Positions 1 through 8,617 of a DNA stretch of 64,000 bases are shown here, in pieces. The stretch lies in the NCBI GenBank assembly GCA_963555995.3, contig OY821641.1, positions 2,048,001 through 2,112,000 of the forward strand. The letters run 5' to 3'. Position 1 is the stretch's first letter; each line of letters opens with the position of its first letter. The notes under the pieces were generated by a model. That model worked only from the letters and a program-made list of their open reading frames with translations, was not told the DNA's origin and ran no database searches. A program made the position numbers and the translations under genes. Source of the stretch: Vicinamibacteria bacterium (GTDB lineage: Bacteria; Acidobacteriota; Vicinamibacteria; Marinacidobacterales; Marinacidobacteraceae).

Positions 1-2
1 TC

Positions 3-197
3 CGGATCCGGGTCCCCGTCGGGAACCAGGTCACGCTCGAACACACGGCCTACGCGCCGACCGCCCACCTCGCGGTTGGCTTCGAGGTCTATGTCTTTTC
101 CTACCTGTCCGCGCGCGCGGAATACCGCATCTGGTCCTCGAAGGACTTCTCGTTCCGCACCCAGCAGGCGATGATCGGGGTCAACTACTACAAGTAG
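3..197 (+). CDS. C-terminal fragment of a probable outer-membrane beta-barrel protein (5' end outside window)
   Basis: Frame 3 is open from the window edge to TAG at 195-197: ...HLAVGFEVYVFSYLSARAEYRIW...QQAMIGVNYYK*. Alternating aromatic/hydrophobic beta-strand pattern. Confidence 0.55.
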   Translation, partial: RIRVPVGNQVTLEHTAYAPTAHLAVGFEVYVFSYLSARAEYRIWSSKDFSFRTQQAMIGVNYYK

Positions 198-235
198 CCG
201 CGCTCGAATATCGGACACCTCACTTGGCCGCCGGA

Positions 236-781
236 ATGTCGGATCAGCGCCGGCCGGCCCCTTCGGTGGGAGTCCTTCCGGTGGCCGTGGCGGCCGGCCT
301 GCTGTTCGGGTTCTGGATCGCCCTGTCGGGGAAACTCGACGCCTTCCACCTCGCGCTCGGCCTGATCACCGCCGCCGCGGTCGCGCTCGCGACCCGCAGG
401 CTCTACCGGGCGCCGCCGCAGCCGATGCCGGCGGACGAGTTCGGACGCGCCCTCCTCCGGTGGCCCCGCTTCCTCGCCTATTCGGTGTGGCTGCTCTGGC
501 AGATCTTCCGGTCGGCGGTTCAGGTCGCGAAGCTGATCCTGCACCCCCGGCTCCCCATAGCGCCGCGGATGGTGCGGATTGCGGACGACCTGCCCCATCC
601 CGTCGCCCGGCTGACCCTCGCCCACTCCATCACGCTGACCCCCGGCACGGTGACGGTTGACTGCGACGACGAGGGGATGCTGGTCCACGCCATTGACCCG
701 GAGGCCGCCGCGAGCCTCGGCAGCGACGGCGGACCGATGGCCGACCGGGTGCGGGCGGTCTTCGGCGCCCCGGCACGCTGA
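236..781 (+). CDS. mrpE: Mrp/Mnh Na+/H+ antiporter subunit E
   Basis: FWIALSG N-terminal helix and LAHSITLTPGTVTVD motif. First gene of the operon. Confidence 0.9.
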   Translation: MSDQRRPAPSVGVLPVAVAAGLLFGFWIALSGKLDAFHLALGLITAAAVALATRRLYRAPPQPMPADEFGRALLRWPRFLAYSVWLLWQIFRSAVQVAKLILHPRLPIAPRMVRIADDLPHPVARLTLAHSITLTPGTVTVDCDDEGMLVHAIDPEAAASLGSDGGPMADRVRAVFGAPAR

Positions 782-1047
782 TGTCCCTGCTGCTGACCGC
801 GTTCGCGGGGGTCATCCTCCTCGCGATCGGCGGTTCGCTCTTCCGCGTGGTTCGCGGCCCGACGCTCTGGGACCGGCTCTCCGGGGTCGCGCTGATCGGG
901 ACGAAGAGCCTGATCCTCCTGGTCGTCGCCGGCGAGCTCTCGGGGCAGCCCGGGATGTTCACCGACATCGCGCTCGCCTACGCCGCCATCGGGTTCCTGG
1001 GCGCCCTCGTCATCGCCAAGTACTTCGAGGGAACCAGCAGCCCGTGA
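781..1047 (+). CDS. mrpF: Mrp antiporter subunit F
   Basis: RVVRGPTLWDR and DIALAYAAIGFLG motifs. TGATG overlap with mrpE. Confidence 0.9.
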   Translation: MSLLLTAFAGVILLAIGGSLFRVVRGPTLWDRLSGVALIGTKSLILLVVAGELSGQPGMFTDIALAYAAIGFLGALVIAKYFEGTSSP

Positions 1048-1217
1048 ATGAAATGACGCGGCGTTCGAGCGGCGATCCATCCCGGCTGAATCGCGCCGCT
1101 TTGCGTCGCTCATCGTTGCGCTTCGGTCGCAATACACTCGGTATTCCTCCCTCGCGCGCCTCGTCAGCCGGGCGTCTCACCGCTCTCGGCGCTCGCGCCA
1201 CTTCATCCACGGACTGC
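1037..1217. mobile_element. MITE-like element (family M) with imperfect terminal inverted repeats, inside the mrp operon
   Basis: Left end gcagcccgtgaatgaaatgacgcg versus reverse complement of the right end gcagtccgtggatgaagtggcgcg. The interior matches about 46130-46225 in reverse orientation. Confidence 0.75.
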
Positions 1218-1225
1218 ACGTCGTA

Positions 1226-1564
1226 GTGGGCGCCTTCACCCTGACCGAGGGGTTCGCGGTCCTCCTGCTCGCCGCGGGACTCTTCTTCATCCTGGCCGCC
1301 GTGATCGGCATCCTCCGCCTGCCGGACTTCTTCACCCGTCTCCACGCCATGGGGAAGTGCGACACCGCCGGGCTGTCGCTGAGTCTGCTCGGGCTCGCGC
1401 TGCTGGCGGGCGATCCGGCGGTGACGGTCAAGCTGGTGCTGGTGCTGGTCCTGGTCGCCCTCGCCAACCCGACGGCGACGCATGCCCTGGCCCGGGCCGC
1501 GTCGAGGGCCGGGATGAAGGTCTGGCGGCCCGACGAACCGGCCGAACCGGCGGGAGAACGATGA
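1226..1564 (+). CDS. mrpG: Mrp antiporter subunit G
   Basis: GILRLPDFFTRLHA and NPTATHALARAA motifs. Confidence 0.92.
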   Translation: MGAFTLTEGFAVLLLAAGLFFILAAVIGILRLPDFFTRLHAMGKCDTAGLSLSLLGLALLAGDPAVTVKLVLVLVLVALANPTATHALARAASRAGMKVWRPDEPAEPAGER

Positions 1565-1812
1565 TGGCCGAGGGCCATCTGGTCAGCGTCGGCCTGCTCG
1601 CCGCGATGGTGGTCTCGGCGGCGTGCGCGCTCGCCGTGAAGGACCTGCTGACCGCCGCGGCGCTCTTCGGCGCGTTCAGTTTCCTGACGGCCACCTGGTT
1701 CGCCCTGCTGGGGGCCGTGGATGTCGCCTTCACCGAAGCGTGCGTCGGCGGCGCGCTGACCACGATCCTCTTCGTCTCCACCGCCTTCCGAACCAGCCGG
1801 AGATTCGACTGA
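1561..1812 (+). CDS. Mrp subunit B-related small membrane protein (DUF4040-like)
   Basis: ATG at 1561 overlaps the mrpG stop. Motifs KDLLTAA and LGAVDVAFTEACVGG. Confidence 0.85.
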   Translation: MMAEGHLVSVGLLAAMVVSAACALAVKDLLTAAALFGAFSFLTATWFALLGAVDVAFTEACVGGALTTILFVSTAFRTSRRFD

Positions 1813-2636
1813 TGGGCGCATCGGCCCCACCGGGGCGCCGGGACATCCGCGTGCGGCGGCTGCTGGGGGCCGCCGCATTCCCCGCCCTCTTCCTCGGGCT
1901 GGTGCTGGGCATGTCCGAGCTCCCGGAGTTCGGCGACCCGGCGTCCCCGGCGTCCACCCACGTCTCCCCGCGCTTCATCGAGGACGCCGCCGCCGAGACC
2001 GGCGCCGCCAACATGGTGACCGCGGTGCTGGCGGACTACCGCGGTTACGACACGCTGGGCGAGACGGCGGTGATCTTCGCAGCGGGACTCGGCTGCCTGG
2101 TCATCCTCGCCGGCGCGGGGGCCCGGCCCGGACTGCCGGCCGCCGGCATGTCCCACCCGTTCGGCAGCGTCATCCTCGACGCCGCGACCCGCATCCTGGT
2201 CCCGGTGGTGCTGCTGTTCGCGGTGTACGTCCTGATTCACGGACACGTCAGCCCGGGAGGAGGCTTCCAGGGCGGCGTGCTGTTCGGTTCCGGCCTCATC
2301 ATGATGCGCCTGGTCTGGGGGCCGGGCGGCGAGGATCGGGCGGTTCCCGCGTTCGGCCCGAGCCTGCGCGGTTCCCTGGTCATGGCCTGCGCCGGCATCC
2401 TCGGATACGTCGGCATCGGCCTGGCGGCCATGGCGTTCGGCGGCGCGTTCCTCGATTACGGATTCCTCCCGCTCGGGGACGATCCCGCCCACGTCCGGGA
2501 ACTCGCCACCCTCGGGATCGAAGCCGCCGTCTTCTTCACGGTCGCCGGCACGGTCGGCGTCCTGTTCGACACCATCAGCATCGGGATGCGGGAGAGTGGC
2601 GTCCCGCTCCCACCGGGCGACGGCGACCCCACGTGA
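1812..2636 (+). CDS. mrpB: Mrp antiporter subunit B
   Basis: NMVTAVLADYRGYDTLGE and HGHVSPGGGFQGG motifs. Start ATG in a TGATG overlap at 1812. Confidence 0.88.
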   Translation: MGASAPPGRRDIRVRRLLGAAAFPALFLGLVLGMSELPEFGDPASPASTHVSPRFIEDAAAETGAANMVTAVLADYRGYDTLGETAVIFAAGLGCLVILAGAGARPGLPAAGMSHPFGSVILDAATRILVPVVLLFAVYVLIHGHVSPGGGFQGGVLFGSGLIMMRLVWGPGGEDRAVPAFGPSLRGSLVMACAGILGYVGIGLAAMAFGGAFLDYGFLPLGDDPAHVRELATLGIEAAVFFTVAGTVGVLFDTISIGMRESGVPLPPGDGDPT

Positions 2637-2977
2637 CCACCTACGCCTTCGCCGCCGCGCTCTTCACCCTCGGGGTCGCCGGCATGGCGCTGCTCCCGAA
2701 CCTCCTGCGCAAGCTGCTCGCGATGAACGTGATGCAGGTCGCGGTCATCGTCTTCTTCGTGTCGCTCGCCTTCAAGGAGGGAGCCACCGTGCCGATCCTG
2801 GGTCAGGGCGGCGCGCCGCAGGCGGCGGAGTTCATGAACCCGCTGCCGCACACGCTGATGCTGACCGCCATCGTGGTCTCGGTCTCGACGACCGGCCTCG
2901 CGCTCGCGCTGCTGGTCCGCATCCGGAGCCGCTTCGAAACGCTCAACGAGCAGCGCCTGCTCGACAAGCTCCGGTAG
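2633..2977 (+). CDS. mrpC: Mrp antiporter subunit C
   Basis: NLLRKLLAMNVMQ and NPLPHTLMLTAIVV motifs. Confidence 0.92.
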   Translation: MTTYAFAAALFTLGVAGMALLPNLLRKLLAMNVMQVAVIVFFVSLAFKEGATVPILGQGGAPQAAEFMNPLPHTLMLTAIVVSVSTTGLALALLVRIRSRFETLNEQRLLDKLR

Positions 2978-2995
2978 CCGCCAGCCAGCAGACCA

Positions 2996-4546
2996 GTGCG
3001 AGACGTTCTGCCGGGCCTGCTGATCGCGGTCCCGCTGCTGGGGGCGGCGCTCGTGCCCCTGCTGGCCACCCTGTCCCGCCGCACCACCCGCGTCCCCGCT
3101 CTCGCGCTCCACGCCGCGATCTTCGCGGCGGCGCTCGGCCTCTTCGGGTCGGCGGCGACCGCCGGACCGATCCGCTACGCGGTGGGAGGCTGGCCCGGGC
3201 CCTGGGGCATCGAACTGTGGTTCGACGGGCTGAGCACGCTCGTCGCGGTGCTGGTGGCGGGGATGGCCTGCTTCGCCTCGTTCGCGCAGACCTTCGGCCC
3301 GGAGCGGGACGGGACGGCGACGGCGTCCCCGCTCCGGGAAGGACTGCTCCGGGGCGCCCTGCTGCTCCTGGTCGGGGGACTCCTCGGCATCGTCGCCACC
3401 CGGGACGTCTTCAACCTCTTCGTCTTCCTCGAGATCTCGTCGCTCGCCGCCTACACCCTGGTCGCCTCGGGAGGGGGCCGGGCGACGGTGGCCGCCTTCC
3501 GCTATCTGCTGGCCGGCACCGCCGCCGGCTCGCTCTACCTCTTCGGCGTCGGTTTCCTCTACGCGCTCACCGGCACGCTGAACATGGACGACCTCGCCGC
3601 CCGGCTGCCGACCATCGAAGCGGACGCGGCGCTCACCGTGGCGGTGGTCCTGATCGCGGTGGGGCTGTCCATCAAGGCGGCGCTCTTCCCCCTGCACGGC
3701 TGGCTGCCCGACACCTACGTCTATACGCCGACCCCGGCGGCAGGCTTCATCGCCGCCGTCATGGCCAAGGTCAGCGCCTACGCGCTCCTCCGGCTGCTCG
3801 GCGAGGTGCTGGCCGGGACCGCGGCGGGGGCGGTGGTCCTCGACGTCACCCTCTGGCTCGGGGTGGCGGGGGTCGTGGTGGGCGGGGTCCTGGCGGTCGC
3901 CCAGCGGGCGGTCACCCGCATGCTGGCCTGGTCCAGCATCTCCGCGATGGGGATGATCCTGATCGGAGTGGGGATGGGGTCCGCCCTCGCCATCACCGGC
4001 GCCCTCTTCCACATGGCGGCGCACGCCCTGGCCAAGGGGTGCCTCTTCTTCGGCGCCGGCGGCATCCGCGCCTCCGGGGACGGTGACGAGGTGGAACGCT
4101 GGGCCGGTCTGGGCGCCCGCGCGCCCTGGACCCTGGCGGCCCTCACGGTCGCCGCGCTCTCCATGATCGGCATTCCGCCGACCGCCGGGTTCTTCTCGAA
4201 GTACTACCTGCTCTCCGCCTCGATCACCGCCGGCGGGCCGGCGGGGATCGCCGCCTTCGCCGCGATCCTCCTTTCCAGCCTGCTGGCCACCGTCTATTTC
4301 CTGCGCGTCCTCGAGGCCGTCTGGTTCCGGACGCCGGGCGGCGCACCGGACGCCGCCGCCTCCGGGGAACCGCCGGCTGCGCGGGACCGGCAGCCCCGCT
4401 CCGTCCTCCCGCGGCCCCTCGCCGCGCCGGTCGTCGGGCTCGCCGTCCTGATCCTGCTGACCGGGATCTTCGCGGCCCCGTTCGAGCGCCACGTGCTCCC
4501 GGACTGGGAGTCCGGGACCGCCCGCATTGCGGCAGCAGCCCCGTGA
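2996..4546 (+). CDS. mrpD: Mrp antiporter subunit D family protein (copy 1)
   Basis: GGWPGPWGIEL, DVFNLFVFLEI, KAALFPLHGWLPD, GIPPTAGFFSK motifs. Confidence 0.88.
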   Translation: MRDVLPGLLIAVPLLGAALVPLLATLSRRTTRVPALALHAAIFAAALGLFGSAATAGPIRYAVGGWPGPWGIELWFDGLSTLVAVLVAGMACFASFAQTFGPERDGTATASPLREGLLRGALLLLVGGLLGIVATRDVFNLFVFLEISSLAAYTLVASGGGRATVAAFRYLLAGTAAGSLYLFGVGFLYALTGTLNMDDLAARLPTIEADAALTVAVVLIAVGLSIKAALFPLHGWLPDTYVYTPTPAAGFIAAVMAKVSAYALLRLLGEVLAGTAAGAVVLDVTLWLGVAGVVVGGVLAVAQRAVTRMLAWSSISAMGMILIGVGMGSALAITGALFHMAAHALAKGCLFFGAGGIRASGDGDEVERWAGLGARAPWTLAALTVAALSMIGIPPTAGFFSKYYLLSASITAGGPAGIAAFAAILLSSLLATVYFLRVLEAVWFRTPGGAPDAAASGEPPAARDRQPRSVLPRPLAAPVVGLAVLILLTGIFAAPFERHVLPDWESGTARIAAAAP

Positions 4547-6051
4547 CCGAGATCGTCTCCCTCCGCCCGCTGCTCGCCGTCGGGGCGGGACTGGCGGCGG
4601 TGTTGCCGATCCTCCTCAGCGGCCGGCGGCCCGCCCTCCGCGAGGGCTGGACCTTCGCGGCGGGCGCCGTGCAGCTCGGCGCGGCGATCTCCATGCTGCC
4701 CGCCGCCTTCGCGGGCGCCGCCCACCTGAGCCCGGCCCTGCCGCTGCTGCCGGGAATGCCGCTCCAGTTCCGGGCCGACCCGCTGGGTCTCCTCTTCCTG
4801 ACGCTCTCCTCGATCCTCTGGCTCGCCACCTCGAGCTATTCCGTCGGGTACCTCCGCAGCCTGGGGCTCAAGCACCAGACGGGCTACTTCGCGGCGTTCG
4901 CCGCCGCGGTGGCCGCCGCCGCGGGCGTCGCGCTCGCCGCCAACCTGGTGACCTTCCTCATTTGCTACGAGGTGCTCACGCTCGCGACCTGGCCGCTGGT
5001 CGTCCACAAGCGGACTTCGGGAGTGCTCGGTTCCGGACGGGCCTACCTCGCCTACACGCTGATCGCGGGTCAACTGCTGCTCGGCGCCGTCGTCTGGGCG
5101 GGAACGCTGGCCCCCGGCGCGCCGTTCACGCCGGGCGGCTTTCTCGCGGGCACCGCGTCCGACGGCGTGCTGCGGGTCCTCTTCGTGCTCCTCCTCGTCG
5201 GGGTGGGTTCCAAGGCCGCGGTGTTCCCGCTCCACGGCTGGCTGCCCGCCGCCATGGTGGCGCCCACGCCGGTGAGCGCCCTGCTGCATGCGGTCGCCGT
5301 GGTGAAGGCGGGGGCGTTCGGGGTACTGCGGCTGACCGGCTGGGTCTTCGGTCCCGACCTGATGCACGACCTGGGACTCGGCCTCCCGCTCGCCCTGCTG
5401 GCCGCGGGCACCGTCCTGATGGCCTCGCTGCGCGCGCTGGGCGAGGACCACTTCAAGCGCCGGCTCGCCTACTCGACCATCGGCCAGCTCAGCTACATCG
5501 TGCTCGGGGGCGCCATCGGCACCCCGCTGGCGCTCGCGGGCGCGGCGTTCCACATCGTCGCCCACGGGTTCCTGAAGATCACCCTCTTCTTCTGCGCCGG
5601 CTCGGTATACGCGGCCACCGGGAGGGAACACATCTCGCAGCTCGGGGGACTGGGCCGCGCGATGCCGTTCACCTTCGCCGCCTTCGCGGTCGGGGCGGTC
5701 GGCATGGCGGGCGTTCCCCTGCTCCCCGGATTCATCAGCAAGTGGAACCTGGCGCTCGGCGCGCTCGACGACCACCAGGTCTGGGTGGTGGCGCTGCTCG
5801 TGGTCAGCGGGCTGCTGAACCTGGCCTACTACCTGCCGATCCTCCGGATCGCGGTCTTCGAACCGGGCGACGGCCGCCGTGTCCGGGAGCCGTCGGCGTG
5901 GCTGGTGGCGCCGCCGGTCTTCGCCGCACTGGCGGCCATCATGCTCGGGGTGGCTCCCGACGCAGGCGCCCGCTTCTGGTTCCTCGCGGAGTCGGCGGCG
6001 GTGAGCGTCGCGGCGCACGCTCCCCAGTTCCTCACCGGGGGTCCGCCGTGA
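4543..6051 (+). CDS. Mrp antiporter subunit D family protein (copy 2)
   Basis: PLHGWLPAAMVAPTPVSALLHAVAVVKAG and KRRLAYSTIGQLSYI motifs. Confidence 0.88.
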   Translation: MTEIVSLRPLLAVGAGLAAVLPILLSGRRPALREGWTFAAGAVQLGAAISMLPAAFAGAAHLSPALPLLPGMPLQFRADPLGLLFLTLSSILWLATSSYSVGYLRSLGLKHQTGYFAAFAAAVAAAAGVALAANLVTFLICYEVLTLATWPLVVHKRTSGVLGSGRAYLAYTLIAGQLLLGAVVWAGTLAPGAPFTPGGFLAGTASDGVLRVLFVLLLVGVGSKAAVFPLHGWLPAAMVAPTPVSALLHAVAVVKAGAFGVLRLTGWVFGPDLMHDLGLGLPLALLAAGTVLMASLRALGEDHFKRRLAYSTIGQLSYIVLGGAIGTPLALAGAAFHIVAHGFLKITLFFCAGSVYAATGREHISQLGGLGRAMPFTFAAFAVGAVGMAGVPLLPGFISKWNLALGALDDHQVWVVALLVVSGLLNLAYYLPILRIAVFEPGDGRRVREPSAWLVAPPVFAALAAIMLGVAPDAGARFWFLAESAAVSVAAHAPQFLTGGPP

Positions 6052-6284
6052 GCAGGCGGACGGCGGCGGGACTGGGCATCGCCGTCGCGGCCCTCGCCGC
6101 GTTGGACGTGCTCGGATTCCGGTCGGGCGCCGAACACCACGGAGGAATCTGGAACAGCGTTCCCCTCGGGGACCTCGCCCTGGGGGCACTCGGGGCGGGA
6201 GTGCTCGTGTGGTTCTCGAAACGGATCCTGAAGCGGCTGCTCTCGCGTCCCGAGAACTACTACCTCGGAGGCGGCGATCCATGA
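6048..6284 (+). CDS. Small membrane protein in the mrp operon (78 aa)
   Basis: GTG overlaps the previous stop (GTGA) and the stop overlaps the next ATG (ATGA). Two hydrophobic segments, ends LLSRPENYY. Confidence 0.75.
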   Translation: MSRRTAAGLGIAVAALAALDVLGFRSGAEHHGGIWNSVPLGDLALGALGAGVLVWFSKRILKRLLSRPENYYLGGGDP

Positions 6285-7996
6285 TCGAGTTGCTGCTTCA
6301 TCCCACCACCTGGCTCCTCTTCGGGCTTCCCTGGGTGTTTTTCAACCGGCGGATCATTCTGCGGTTCCCGGTGGGCGCCCTCGTCGCCGTGGGGGCGCTG
6401 CTGGCCCTCTTTCACGGCATCGAGGGCTCGCTGACGACGACCATCGCGGGATTCCGGCTCACCTGGTTCTACGCGGACCGACTGAGCCTCCTCTTCGCGC
6501 TGGTGTTCGCGATCGTGGCCACGCTCGGATTCCTGTACGGGTCCCACCGGATGCGCGCTGGCGAAACGGCGGCGGCGCTGCTCTACGCCGGTTCCGCCAT
6601 CGCCACCGTGCTCGCCGGGGACTGGATCACCTTCTTCGTCTTCTGGGAGGCGATGGCGTTCTCGTCCCTGGCGCTGATCTGGCAGGGAGGCACCGCCGGC
6701 GCCCGCCGGGCCGGGATGCGGTATCTGCTCGTCCACGCCACCGGCGGGGCGCTGCTGTTCGCCGGCATCGCCCTCCACCTGGCCGGCGGCGGCGACACCT
6801 CGCTGGGCGCGCTGGCTTCGGGCTCGCCCCCGTTCTGGTTGATCCTGGGCGCGGTGGCGATCAACGCCGCCATCCCGCCGCTCCACGCCTGGCTGACCGA
6901 CGCCTATCCGGAAGCCTCGACCTCGGGTTCCGTCTTCCTGTCGGCCTTCACCACCAAGACCGCGGTCTACGCCCTCCTGCGGCTCTTCCCCGGAACCGAG
7001 ATCCTGGTGCCGCTCGGCGCCGCGATGGCGCTCTACGGCGTCGTCTTCGCGGTCATCGAGAACGACATCCGCCGGCTGCTCGGGTACCACATCGTGAGCC
7101 AGGTCGGCTACATGGTGGCGGCGGTGGGCATCGGCACCCCGCTGGCGCTGAACGGCGCCGCGTCGCACGCGTTCTCCCACATCCTCTACAAGGCGCTCCT
7201 GTTCATGGGTGCGGGAGCGGCCATCGAGGCCACCGGGCTCCGGCGCCTCTCCGACCTGGGCGGGATCTCCCGGCAGATGCGCTTCGCGGTCGCGATGTAC
7301 GCCGTCGGGGCCCTCTCGATCTCCGGCGCCCCGCTCTTCAACGGCTTCATCAGCAAGTCCATGATCGTCAGCGCCGCCGCCGAGGAACACCTCCTCTGGA
7401 CCGAACTGCTGCTGGTGCTCGCGGCCGTCGGGACGTTCCTGTCCGTGGGCCTGAAGCTGCCGTGGTTCGCGTTCTTCGGGGAACCGCGCGGGGTCGCGGT
7501 CCGGCCGCTGCCGACGAACCTGCTCGCGGCCATGGGCATCGGCGGCGCCCTCTGCCTCCTTTACGGGCTCTTCCCGCACCTCCTCTACAGCCGGCTGCCG
7601 TACCTCGCGACCTACGCGCCGTACACCCTCGACCACGTCGTTTCGTCCGCCCAGTTGCTCCTCGCCACCGGGTTCGTCTTCTACCTGGCCCGCAGGAAGC
7701 TCACGCCGTCACCGGGCCAAGCCCTCGACACCGACTGGCTCTACCGGATCCCCTTCGCGCGGCTGGTCGCCGCCGCCACCCGGGCGCTCGGGGCCGCCGG
7801 CCCCGTCGCCCGCGCCCTGCGCGGCGAGACGGTGACCCGGCTGGACGCCGCGGCGCGCCGGCTGGCGGCGCCGGGCGCCCCGCCGCGGCGGCGCGAGAGC
7901 TTCGCCTTCCGGGCTTCCATCGGCTGGACGGTGCTGTTCGCGGCGGTGGCGGTCGTGGTCGCCTGGATCGTGGTGTGGCTGCGGAACCCCGGATAG
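6281..7996 (+). CDS. Mrp antiporter subunit D/A family protein (copy 3)
   Basis: PPLHAWLTDAYPEA, SAFTTKTAVY, RRLLGYHIVSQVGYM, PLFNGFISKS motifs. Confidence 0.88.
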   Translation: MIELLLHPTTWLLFGLPWVFFNRRIILRFPVGALVAVGALLALFHGIEGSLTTTIAGFRLTWFYADRLSLLFALVFAIVATLGFLYGSHRMRAGETAAALLYAGSAIATVLAGDWITFFVFWEAMAFSSLALIWQGGTAGARRAGMRYLLVHATGGALLFAGIALHLAGGGDTSLGALASGSPPFWLILGAVAINAAIPPLHAWLTDAYPEASTSGSVFLSAFTTKTAVYALLRLFPGTEILVPLGAAMALYGVVFAVIENDIRRLLGYHIVSQVGYMVAAVGIGTPLALNGAASHAFSHILYKALLFMGAGAAIEATGLRRLSDLGGISRQMRFAVAMYAVGALSISGAPLFNGFISKSMIVSAAAEEHLLWTELLLVLAAVGTFLSVGLKLPWFAFFGEPRGVAVRPLPTNLLAAMGIGGALCLLYGLFPHLLYSRLPYLATYAPYTLDHVVSSAQLLLATGFVFYLARRKLTPSPGQALDTDWLYRIPFARLVAAATRALGAAGPVARALRGETVTRLDAAARRLAAPGAPPRRRESFAFRASIGWTVLFAAVAVVVAWIVVWLRNPG

Positions 7997-8097
7997 GGGG
8001 CGGACGTAAACACCAGCCAGTGTTCCGACGACCCTCGCGCCGAGGGTTTCCCGCCCGCCGGCCCGCCCGCTAGCAGGGGTTAGTCTTCCGGGGCGTC

Positions 8098-8541
8098 ATG
8101 CGGCCGGCACGGTGGCTCTGGCCAGCCCTCCTCGGGATCGCGGTCGTCCTGCTGATCCTGCGGCCGTGGGCCGGGGAGGCGCCCGCTCCCCCGGAGGCGG
8201 CCGATCCGCTCACCGAGGCCGAAGCACTCTACGAAGAGGCGATCGGCGACCTGGAATCGGCGCTCCGTTCCGCGGACCCCGAGGGGTTCGGGGACCTGCA
8301 CGCGGCGATGGAGCAGGAGCGGCAGGCGCTCGACGCCGCGATCGCGGACAGCCGGCGGCGCGCCGCTGCCGCCCCCGACGACGAGGAAGCCCAGGAGACC
8401 CTGTTTGAAAGCCTGCGCCGGAAGCTCGACCTGTTCCACAACACCCTGATGCTCATGCGGGACATGGAACGCGGCGACAGCGAAACGGCCCAGGATCGGA
8501 TTGACGCCATCTCGGGGCGAGGACGCCCCGACACCGGTTGA
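8098..8541 (+). CDS. Membrane-anchored helical protein resembling the C-terminal part of an anti-sigma factor
   Basis: N-terminal TM segment followed by amphipathic helices (EAEALYEEAIGDLE...LDAAIADSR...ESLRRKLDL). Lies upstream of a DUF4097 gene. Confidence 0.55.
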   Translation: MRPARWLWPALLGIAVVLLILRPWAGEAPAPPEAADPLTEAEALYEEAIGDLESALRSADPEGFGDLHAAMEQERQALDAAIADSRRRAAAAPDDEEAQETLFESLRRKLDLFHNTLMLMRDMERGDSETAQDRIDAISGRGRPDTG

Positions 8542-8617
8542 GGATGGGGAGCATGGACGATCGGACCCCCGCGGGGCCTGGCGCCGTCGAGGCGGCGAGC
8601 CCGTCAAGGAGTGAACT

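Noticed and set aside
2456-7636. Long antisense and alternate-frame ORFs over the mrp genes (similar ones over recG, icd and ahcY)
   Set aside because: Typical shadow ORFs of high-GC coding DNA, with Arg/Gly/Pro-rich composition and no recognisable motifs.
2996-7996. NADH dehydrogenase NuoL/M/N or hydrogenase membrane arm
   Set aside because: Neighbouring genes are mrpE, F, G, B and C, and no Nuo or hydrogenase catalytic subunits are present.
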